From the NCBI RefSeq assembly GCF_018350175.1, contig NC_058368.1, forward strand, positions 46,688,001-46,752,000: a DNA stretch of 64,000 nt, given 5' to 3'. Within the stretch, counting starts at the first letter, position 1; every line of letters begins with the position of its first letter. The notes beneath the pieces are model-generated. The model saw nothing but the letters and a program-made list of their open reading frames with translations, was not told where the DNA came from and did no database searches. This DNA comes from Felis catus. Lineage: Eukaryota. The translations under genes were made by a program, and so were the position numbers. Positions 54,140-64,000 of the stretch are shown here, piece after piece.

Positions 54140-54574
54140 TTTAAAGAAAAAGGACAACTAATATATTTCCAATGTAAGTAGGGTAATAATTTATGTTTAA
54201 GGATATGTTATACTAGCATTATAAACAGCATCAACATCAGAAAAGATTGGGGTATTTAGAGACTGTTCAGGCTAACGTACTGAAAATACTTCACGCTGGT
54301 TGTTCTACTTTCTTTTACCTTCACAGTTTAAGCACCAATACGGGAAACTGCTTTTTGCAGAAGTACAGAGTGAAGATCTAAATCAAACAGGTGGAAAGGT
54401 GTTTTTAAGAGAAATATTTGCCACTTCACCGCAAAACTGGACTATGGTTAAGGGTATAACTATTAGCTTAACCAGTAAACAAATGCTCAAGTAAAAGGCA
54501 ACAAGGTCTTCAAAACCTGAAAAAAATAGTTAACATTTTCTCAGAACCCTACATATAATTTACTGTAAAATAAA
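54140..54574 (+). other. Candidate spliced 3' end of a plus-strand transcript (34-nt exon 54140-54173; terminal exon from 54327)
   Basis: Strong acceptors at 54139 and 54326, donor GTAAGT at 54174, CTAAC at 54272-54276, AATAAA at 54569-54574. Confidence 0.3.
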
Positions 54575-55743
54575 TTCTCGACTCACTGAGCACTATCACT
54601 TCTCTGGTTAGACAGTCCAAATTTGACATCTAGAACACTTCTTTAAAGTCACCATTTTCCTGGAAACACTCTAATTTTGAAGAGTCTAGAGCTATATTTA
54701 GCGTTTGAAGAGTAGTCTTTTAAAAAATATGGTTATAAAACAGATTGATTTAGAGGAGCATTATAATTAGCTGCTGAATATGTTAGAAGGATAGATTATT
54801 CTACATGAATCACGGAGCTCACTTTAAGTGTCATCCCCCATTCTAAACTGCCAGCTTAATTTCTTCTCATTTTTCACTGCAAGAGCCTTTTTTTCTATTA
54901 TGCCAATAATAAAGGTGTAGTTGTCATGAAATAGGCATACCTTTGTGAAATAATGAATTATAAACTGTTTTGTTTCAATTTTTAAAGTAACTGAGTCATG
55001 ATTACTTGATTTGACAATAACTAGCAAACCCACCTGCAGAATAAATTCATTTTATACATGTATATCCAGAGTTGGTGGCCTTATGAGACTCTGGCAAACA
55101 TTTTGAAGTTAATTGAAAAAAAAATTGTAACACAGAATAGCATAAATGATAATAGGTATGGTTGTTCACATAGTCTCTCCAGAGATATCAGAAAATTATT
55201 ATATAAAGAAACAGCTATAACAATACTGATGGCCAATATTTAAACATTTAAACATAAGAAAACACTTAAAATGATCTAAAGAAATTAAGATATGCTTAAT
55301 CTAAGAGATGATTAAATATATTAATAAAATGATTCTGGAAATTGATGATTTGATAATAAATATAAAAATGTCGCCAATTTTTGAAACCCATACAAATCTG
55401 TCAAAGTAACAGTATCACACTGGGTGAATTTTAGAGAATAATCCACATTGTTACACAATCTTGGAACTGTCATAGTAAGAATTGTGTAAGATTGGTGGCA
55501 TTGTATATTCTCAATGTCCATCATAAGCCCAAGATAGTAACTATTAAATATATATTTAAAATGTTCTATTATTCTTGACATATGCCACTGTGCTAGATGT
55601 ATATGGGATGTTTAGTAAGTACTTACTAAATGGAAGACTAAAATATAAATAACAGAAAAGCAATGTTTTTGTTTTTAGAAATTGTTCTTTAGGAATATCT
55701 ATTTTCTTCTTTCTCTTTTTTGTAGTTAAAAAAAGGGTTGCCC

Positions 55744-55936
55744 GGGGCACCTGGGTGGCTGGTCAGTTAAGCATTTGACTCCTGACTTCGGCTCCAGTCA
55801 TGACCACGTGTCGGTGGGATTGGAGCCTGCTTGGGATTCTCTCTCTCCCACTCTCTCTGCCCTTCCTCCATTGGCGTGTACTCTCTGTCTCTCTCACACA
55901 GTCTCAAAATAAACAAATAAACTTTAAAATAAAAAA
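55744..55936 (+). mobile_element. SINEC (first of a tandem trio)
   Basis: Head, CT linker and A-rich tail. Confidence 0.9.
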
Positions 55937-55942
55937 GTATTC

Positions 55943-56149
55943 GGGTGCCGGGATGGCTCAGTAGCTAAGTGTCCAACTCTTGGTTTTGGCTCAGGTCCTA
56001 ATCTCATGGTTTGTGAGTTGGAGCCCTGCATTGGGCTCCATGCTGACACTGTTGAGTCCGCTTGGAATTCTCTCTCTCTCCCTCTCTCTCTGTGCCTCCC
56101 CTGTTCACACTCAATCTCCTTCTCAAAATAAATAAAACTTAAAAAAAAA
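55943..56149 (+). mobile_element. SINEC (second of a tandem trio)
   Basis: Head, CT linker and A tail. Confidence 0.9.
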
Positions 56150-56182
56150 GTTTTTCCTCCTTTAAAAATAAAATAGTTTCCT

Positions 56183-56400
56183 GGGGCGCCTGGGTGGCTC
56201 AATCGGTTAAGTGGCCGACTTTGGCTCAGGTCATGATTTCGTGGTCCAGGAGTTCAAGCCCCGGGTCAGGCTCTGTGCTGACATCTCAGAGCCTGGAGCC
56301 TGTTTCAGATTCTGTGTCTCCTTCTCTCTGACCCTCCCCCATTCATGCTCTGTCTCTCTCTGTCTCAAAAATAAATAAATGTTAAAAAATTTTTTTTAAA
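56183..56400 (+). mobile_element. SINEC_Fc-type (third and least diverged of the trio)
   Basis: GGGGCGCCTGGGTGGCTCA head; AGTTTCCT on both flanks. Confidence 0.94.
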
Positions 56401-56659
56401 AAGTTTCCTAAGTTAAGTACACTGGAACGAATAATAGCAAAAAAGGGACTAAAATGACAAGGTTCTAGAACTCAGGCAACTACTCACTGTTGTCCTAGAA
56501 TCACATTGGGCTGGGCTCTGGTGTTGCTGTCAGTGAAGTGGTAAATTGCAGAAAGAGAAGGGAGGAGGGGGAGAGTGCAGAACAGATTCTGTGCAGAGGG
56601 ACACAGAAGGGCAGGCTCCTGCTGTGTTGTTGAAATACAGGTGCACCGTGCTGGTGAAA

Positions 56660-56834
56660 CAGCCTTTGCGCTCCTCTGAGAAATCTCTGAGGACTTAGTA
56701 TAAAAGATTGCTGCATCCCTGCAGAGAGTTTCTAACTTGGTGGGTCTGGGATGCATCTAAGAATTTTCCTTTCTAGCAAGTTCTCCAGTGTTGCCTGTGC
56801 TGCTGGTTGAAAAAACCCAGTTTGGGAACTACTG
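56660..56834. mobile_element. MER5A-like (hAT-Charlie) DNA transposon
   Basis: 'agagtttctaacttggtgggtctggg...aagaatt..ctttctagcaagttctccag..tgctgctggt..tttgggaactactg'. Confidence 0.75.
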
Positions 56835-57391
56835 AGATTAGAGAATGGGTTTGCTATCTAGGATAATATGTTCACACTTATTACACTGCGAATTCCTTTG
56901 TCAGTGGCTAAAACAATTATGTTACTATAACAATGTTTTCCTGTGCTCAGAGCTATATATTCGCATTTAAAGAAGAATACAATCATTTGATATAACCTAA
57001 CACATGCAAAAATTCTCAGGCTAATTATACCTACAAATGGCCCACCTATAGTTACGTAAAATTGAAATAGACCTAATACCACAGTTCTTACATTAAAAGT
57101 TATATAGGCCATGCAGGTATATGAACGTAGACATGTTTTTAGTTCAGCCCTGGATCTGTACCCTTATAGTTACAGTTAACATGAAAATTTTTGGTAGGAT
57201 CTTATGCCACCAATTTAAATTCTATTAATTAAACATTGAACATTTAACCATTTAAACAACTCCTTGGATTAAATGGCAATCACTATTTTCTTGCTATAAT
57301 GCAGTGTCTCATGTCACAAGCAGGGTGTTGCTCACAACTGTAGGCCAATAGCTAGGACTTCCAACCTAGAGACTGGATTTTGTAGACATAT

Positions 57392-57503
57392 TATCTGTAT
57401 CTGTATCTGTATGTGTATCTGTATCTGTATCTGTATCTCTCTATCATCTCTATCTCTATCTCTATCTCTATCTCTATCTCTATCTCTATCTCTATCTCTA
57501 TCT
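57392..57503. repeat. (TATCTG)n(TATCTC)n hexanucleotide microsatellite
   Basis: Visible units; source of the EIEIEI and SISISI ORFs. Confidence 0.96.
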
Positions 57504-59506
57504 TAAAAGAGTTCAGACAGGGGTCAACTCTTGGCCCTAGGGTAAAGGTGGCTTTTATTTCTTCTCTTGGGGAAAAAGGGGAGGGGAGTTTTCCCCATGC
57601 AACCAACCTAAGGAAGGGGGGGATGCGCCCCCCAGGGGATGAGGCTGGAAGAGCCCAACAATTATTCAGAAAGGCTCCTTCCTGTCCATTTCTGGCCCCA
57701 GGCTGCAGGGTGTGCTCCTGAGAGTCACTATAGGTCCGAGGTGTCTGAATCCCTGAGTTATCATGTGGAGGGAGTTGCCCTGAAGACTCACTCTGTTCAT
57801 AACTCACTTCCCATGAGGTAGAAATAAAATGCATGTGTTTTTAACACCAATATTCCAAGAGAAGCCTATTCTAACACAATGAATGGTGACGGCAGTGTAG
57901 TGTCATGGGCACTAAGATGCAAACCTGATGTCATATTTTGGAGGGCAAAGAAAGAGATGGCTCCTTGTGATTTCTGACTTGTAGTGAAGCAAAAGAAAGA
58001 GTAAGCTTTACGGAGTGATGGACAGAATGGTGGACTAAAAGAATGTGTTGTATAAGTACATAGTCATATATTACATATTTATACATTTGGGTATGTACAT
58101 AGATTTTTATTATTAATATTTACAGGAAATGTGACATCATGTTAAGAATATTCATCTAAGCATCCACAGACCTGGGTTCTCTTTCATATTCCATCACTAA
58201 TCAATCACCTAGTGACATGACAAGACAGGCATTTCATCGCTTTGGGCTCAAATTTCTAATTCGATAAAACACCAGATCTTTATAGATTACTTCCTTGCTA
58301 TTCCATTCTATCACTCTGCTTTTGTAAGAATGGCCATGGCACAGATTATTTTGTTCCCCACTGGAAACTTACTGTCATTTCTTTTCTTAAGACAATGGCA
58401 ACGGTGTTGAGGAAGTAAAAATGATGCATTTCCTTTATTTTGTCCATAAGACAATAGGTTCTCATCATTTTCTCTGCCAGGGGAGCATAGAGTAATAATG
58501 AACAGATAGCAGAATGATATGATGATTATGCTGTATTAGAATTTTAATGATCTCCTTCTCATCTATCTTTCTGACCATTTGCTATTTTGCAGAAAGAAGA
58601 TTCAGTGCTTTCTATTTATTGACGACTTGTGTTAGTAACTTTAAATGTGCTGTTTTATTTTCTCTTACAAGAAAGTAATGAGTAAGATATTATCTTATTA
58701 TCCCAAATGAGAAAATTGATACCTGTGGTTTTGGAAGGAATAAAAGATTAAATAATCTTTCATAATAGGAACAATTTATCTGAGTTACCATGGGTTCCTG
58801 TTAATTTCTTGTTTTTAGCAAACTAGCAGCCAACCATGCAAAATTTCGGGAAAGGGAAAAATTTCCTAATTTTTTGAACAGTTTTTTCTCGCTCATTGGA
58901 CACATGCCAGTGAGACCTCAGCTTTCCTTTTTACTAAGGAAGTGACCAAACCTAGATGAGTCAGACTCTGGAATATGACCCTATCATGTTGGAAATGGCA
59001 AATTTCATTCTTTTTTTATGGCTTTATATGGTTATATAATAGTCAATATATAAATTACATCTTCTTTATCCATTCACATATTAAATACTTAAATTGCTTC
59101 CAAATCTTGGCTACTAGAAATCATGCTTCAGTGAACATAGGGGTGCATATATCTCTTCAATTTGGTGGTCTTTCTTTGAATAAAAGAAGTGAAGTTGCTG
59201 GATCATATGGTAATTCTTTTTAATTTTTTGAGGAATCTCCATGCTGTTTTCCATAATGGCTGCATCAATTTACATTCTCACCCACAGTGTACAAGAGTTC
59301 CCTTTTCTCTACATCCTTGCCAACAATTTTTATTTCTTGGTTTTTTGATGATAGCCAATCTGACAGGTGTGAGGTAATATCTCACTGTGGTTTGATTTAT
59401 ATTTCCCTGATGACTAGTGATGTTTCATGTGTCTGTTGGCCATCTGTATATCTTCTTTGGAAAAATGTGTACTCACGTCTCCTTCCTATTTTTTTTTAAA
59501 ATCTGG

Positions 59507-59715
59507 TTGTTTGTTTCATTTCTTTTTAGAGAAAGAGAGAAAGTGTACGTGTGTGTGCATAGCGGAGGGTCAGAAAGAAAGGAAGAGAAACCTAAGTAAG
59601 CTCCATGCTGTCAGCAAAGAGCCTGACATGGGGCTAGATCTCCTGAACCATGAGATCATGACCTGAACCATCAAGAGTCTGATGCTTTTAATCAACTGAG
59701 TCACCCAGGCACCCC
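59507..59715 (-). mobile_element. SINEC inserted in L1
   Basis: Reverse-complement head ends at 59715. Confidence 0.88.
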
Positions 59716-61024
59716 TGTGTTTTTTATATTAAGTTATGTAAGTTCTTTATATGTTTTGGGTGTTAACCTTTTATCTGCTGTATAATTTACAAATATCTTC
59801 TCACATTCAATAGGTTGCCTTTTTGTTTTGTTGATGGTTTTCTTTGATATGCTAAAGCTTTTTAGTTTGATGTAATTCCACTTGTTTATTTTAATTTTTG
59901 CTGCCCTTGCCTGAGGATACTGGTTTTAAAGAAATATTGCTAAGGATGCCAAAGACTTACTGGCTATGTTTTCTTCTAGGAGTTTTATGGTTTTAGGACT
60001 TGCATTCAAATATAATCCATTTTGAATGTAGTTTTGTGTATGGTATAAGATAGAGGTCCAGCTTCAAGCTTTTGCATAGGGCTGTCCAGTTTCCCAACAC
60101 CATTTATTGAAAAGATGGTATTTTCCCCATGATATATTCTGACCTCCTTTGTCATAGATTAATTGACCATATATGTGTGGGTTTATTTCCGGAATTTCTA
60201 TTCCATTCCATGAATCACATTTCTGTTTTTGTGCCAGTACCATGCTGTTATGATTACTATAGCTTTGTAGTATAGTTTGAAATCTGGAAGTATTTTGTTT
60301 TTTTCTAAGATTGCTTTGGATAATCATGGTCTTTTGTGGTTCCATACAAATTTTAGGATTCATTGTTTTAATTCTGTAATAAAAGCCATTGGCTTTGATG
60401 AAGATCGCATTGAATTTGTAAATTGATTTAGGTAGGATGGATATTTTAACAATGTTTAGTTTTTCAATCCATGAACATGGTCTGTCTTTCCATTTGTCAT
60501 CTTCAATTTCTTTTATCAGTGTCTTATAGTTTTCAGAATTCAGGTCTTTCATCTCCTCAGTTAAATTCATTCATAGGCATTTTATTCTTTTTGATGCAGT
60601 TGTAAATGGCATTGTTTTCTTAATTTCTCTTTCTGGTATCCCATAATTAGTGTAGACAAATGCAGTCAATTTCTGCATGTTAATTTTGTATCCTATGACC
60701 TTACTGATTCACTTATTAGTTCTACTAGTTTTTTGATGGGGTCTTTAGGATTTTTTATTTTAGTATCATATCATCTACAAATGGCAATGTGCTATTTCTT
60801 TTTAATTTGGATGCACTTTATTTCTTTTTCTTGTCTAATTACTGTGACTAGGACCTCCAATATTATTTTGAATAAAAGTGGAGAGAGTGGGAACCCTTGT
60901 TTTGTTCTTGATCTTAAAGCAAAAGTTTTCAGCTTTTCACAATGGACTATGATGTTAGCTGTGGGTTTATCATATATGGCCTTTATTTTGTTGAGGTACA
61001 TTCCTTCTATTCTCTTTGATGAGG

Positions 61025-61231
61025 TTTTTTTTTTTATGTTTTTGCTCGTTTGTTTGTTTGTTTGTTTTTAAGAGAGTACAGCAGGGAAAGGAAAAGAGAA
61101 AGGGATAGAGGATCTGAAGTGGGCTCTGCACTGACAGCAGTGAGCCCAATGTGGGGCTTGAACTCACAAACCACAAGATCATGACCTAAGCTGAAGTCAG
61201 ATGCTCAACCAAATGAACCACCCAGGTGCCC
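61025..61231 (-). mobile_element. SINEC inserted in L1
   Basis: Reverse-complement head ends at 61231; (TTTG)n tail. Confidence 0.9.
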
Positions 61232-64000
61232 TACTACTTTATTGAGTTTTTATCACAAATGGATGTTGAATTTTGTCACAAGGCTTTTCTGCATTTATTG
61301 AGTTACTCATATGATTCTTATCCTTTGTTTTATTAATGTGGTATATTACATTGGTTGCTTTGTGGATGTTGAACCTTCCTTATATCTTAGATAAATCCCA
61401 CTTGATCATGGCATATGATCCTTTTAATGTTTTGTTTAATTTGGTTTGCTAATACTTTGTTGAGGATTTTTACATCTATATTTATTAGGATTATTGACCT
61501 GTAATTTCCTTTTGTTGTGGTTTCTTTGTCTGGTTTGGGTATCAGAATAATGCTGGTTTCATAAAATGAGTTTGCAAACATTGCTTATCGTCAATTGTTT
61601 AGTATAATTCAGGAAGGATAGGTAGTAACCCTTTTTGAAATGTTTGGTAGAATTCACCTGTGAAAGCTCTCTCATTCTGAGACTTTTGGTTTTGGGAAGT
61701 TTTAAAATGACTGGTTCGATTACATTACTTATAATCAGTCTATCCAGATTTTCTGTTTCTTCATGATTCAGTGTTGGAAGTTTGCGTGTTTTAGATTTTC
61801 CAATTTGTTGGCATATACTTGTTCATAGTAGTCCATATGATCCTTTGTATTTATGTAGTGTCAGTTGTAATATCTTGTTCATTTCTGATTTTGTTTATTT
61901 GGTCCCCCTCCTCTCTCTCTCTCTCTTAATGAGTCTAGCTGTGGTTCATTGCCTTTTTTAATCACTCAGATCATATTTATCCCTCCAGTCATCTATAAAT
62001 TCCTTCAAATTTGAGAATTTCTACAATCTAAGACTAACATTTCTTAATTATCATTAATTTTAATATGTCTTTTGTGTTCTGTTATAAAAGAGAATAATAA
62101 AAACTACGTCAATTTTGATTATGTGTTTCAAAATTTAATGTGTTTATAGTGATCAACTCTTCGTTAAATAAATATCATCTATATAAAATATTTATCAGTT
62201 ATTCTAAATACATTTGCATTTATATTAGAGTAATGGCAAGAATAAAAAGCTTTTGTGGAAAAACATTTCATCTGAAAAATTTTAAGCAATGTTTAAAATA
62301 CAAATATGTGAGTTTATAAATCAGGTTGGTTAACAAAACAATGAGCACAGTACTGACTGCAAAGGAAATCTCATTCTAAACAATGCAGCCAACCTAGAAA
62401 AAAGACACATGAAAAGAAAGAAATTACTGAAGCTATTACACATATGACACACCCAGCTGGGAGTCCAGCTGCTCAAGGAAGCTGGTGGTTCTTGATCTTT
62501 GGGAATTCCTAATTAGAATATAAGTTGGAAATATAATAGAAAACATAAAAGAAAAAGAAATATAATATTAGTTTTAGCTCTTGTTTTGTGTCTTTAAATG
62601 TTAGCAAAGACAGAGTTATAAGAGCTAAGTAAGCAATAAATAATTTTTATAACTACTGACTTTTGATGCCAATTATACTTTATCAAACTTTCCAATATTC
62701 CATCACATATTTATCCCTACTTTCAGAATAGGCATGGTTACCAATAGCTTGTGAACTGTAGGCTGCATTCTAGAGCTGCTGTATATGAATCAAATGGCAT
62801 GCACTTAGGATGCATTTATATATTCCTTAAAAAGCAGATTTTTCTTCCATTTGGCGCTCGCTACATACTTCTCTAAAGGTTTTTGCAATAGATGAGCCTT
62901 CATAGGATTATAAATCATAGCATGCTAGAATAAATGCTATAGAAATTGAATACATGGTACAGTATTTCGCACGGTGATAATCACCTATAGCCTGAAAGCA
63001 TATAAATATGTGATTAATTTATATTTTTATTTTAAGGAACCCAAATAAATGTGTGCCCATATATTCTGTTATTTATGGTATTTCAAATTACTCCTTTACA
63101 GGTTTATAGGACTAATGTGACCTTCCCAAGATCTATGCTAGCAAAAGTAAAAGATCCAAATAATTTACACAGAAAATTAAAATGAAAACAAAATCAAAAC
63201 TGTAACAACTTTTACTTTTACACAATTGTCTGGATATTTGAGGTTAATCATGTTTAGGTTTAATTTCAAGTGGATTATTGCCTTTATTCTCTATGTCACT
63301 GCTAACGAACCGTATTTTCAAGGTTGATCAGTATGCAAGACAATGTATTCTCTGATTGATCAGTATGCAGGGTTGGATTACTCCAGAGAACATTTGGGCA
63401 TTTTCACTATGTCCTGTGGATTAACCTGCAGAGTATGCATTTTGGAGGGCAGGTACTAAGGGAGGAAACAAAACTGACTTAATGGTCTGGCACTGTGGAA
63501 GTTTGATCAACTCCCTGAGTGGAGGTCGAGCCATCTCATGAAATCACTTGCCATATGACAATAATCCTAAGATCTTTGGAAAATAAATGGGCTTCATTGT
63601 CATGGTAGAGCAATAAAACTGATTAAACAAAAAGTAGTGGCATTAATTTTTTGTTTTTAATTATGGACCATATTGATACTTATTCAGACAACAATTTTCT
63701 AATGGTAGTAGCTGTTCCATGTTTGTGTGATCATTTTAGGAGTGGAAATATATGGGTATCTACTGCATTATATTCTACAGCAATGATTTTAGATTTTTTG
63801 GTGTAGGTAGTGGAATTCTTCAAGAGATTTCTGTCTTTGCACACCCTCCTGCTGGTCTTCCTCCTATTAGATGAGAAGTCATGTGAGGCTTTCAGTTGAA
63901 TATCTGGGGCTTTTCCAGATTTTTAAAAATCTTCTGCAAAAGGAAGGAGAGAAGGAAGGAGATTCTCAGAAATCCAGTGTAACTTCCAAAAATTAAGTGA

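Larger units (their letters stand above)
58985..61935 (-). mobile_element. Decayed L1 ORF2 (reverse transcriptase to C-terminal region), 5'-truncated and split by two SINEs
   Basis: ORF fragments [65 protein letters not shown] and ENYKTLIKEIEDD..PCSWI; many stops and frameshifts. Confidence 0.95.

Noticed and set aside
57722..57734. GAGTCACTATAGG resembling the T7 promoter core
   Set aside because: Partial mismatched match with no TAATAC or vector context; chance
60064..61581. Reverse-transcriptase-like ORFs as an active or domesticated gene
   Set aside because: Fragmented L1 ORF2 with stops, frameshifts and SINE insertions
1..64000. Prokaryotic-type systems (CRISPR, operons), stand-alone tRNA/rRNA genes, or a gene symbol for the exon candidates
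   Set aside because: The DNA is mammalian; tRNA-like boxes all belong to SINE heads; none of the candidate peptides matched a protein I recognise

Overview
AT-rich mammalian genomic DNA, almost certainly from a felid (cat-like): it carries about 25 tRNA-derived carnivore SINEs, several matching the young Felis-type SINEC_Fc sequence nearly perfectly. The window is mostly intron or intergenic sequence, with SINEs, old L1/L2/MIR fragments, MaLR/ERVL LTRs, hAT MERs and microsatellites. No long ORF exists. Most track ORFs are SINE, microsatellite or chance ORFs, and those at 59-61.6 kb are decayed L1 ORF2. The only gene-like signals are candidate exons bounded by splice motifs. On the minus strand there is a cluster of short exons (46.1, 43.0, 39.6, 39.0, 37.0 kb) and two possible terminal exons (18.3 and 3.2 kb). 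On the plus strand there is a small spliced 3' end near 54.1-54.6 kb. I could not identify the gene, and these calls rest on motifs only. I found no convincing new biological system. The most interesting local structures are a candidate microexon buried in a perfect hairpin, AG|GT dual splice sites and several unusual retrotransposition footprints. Repeat family names come from recalled consensus sequences, not from a search.
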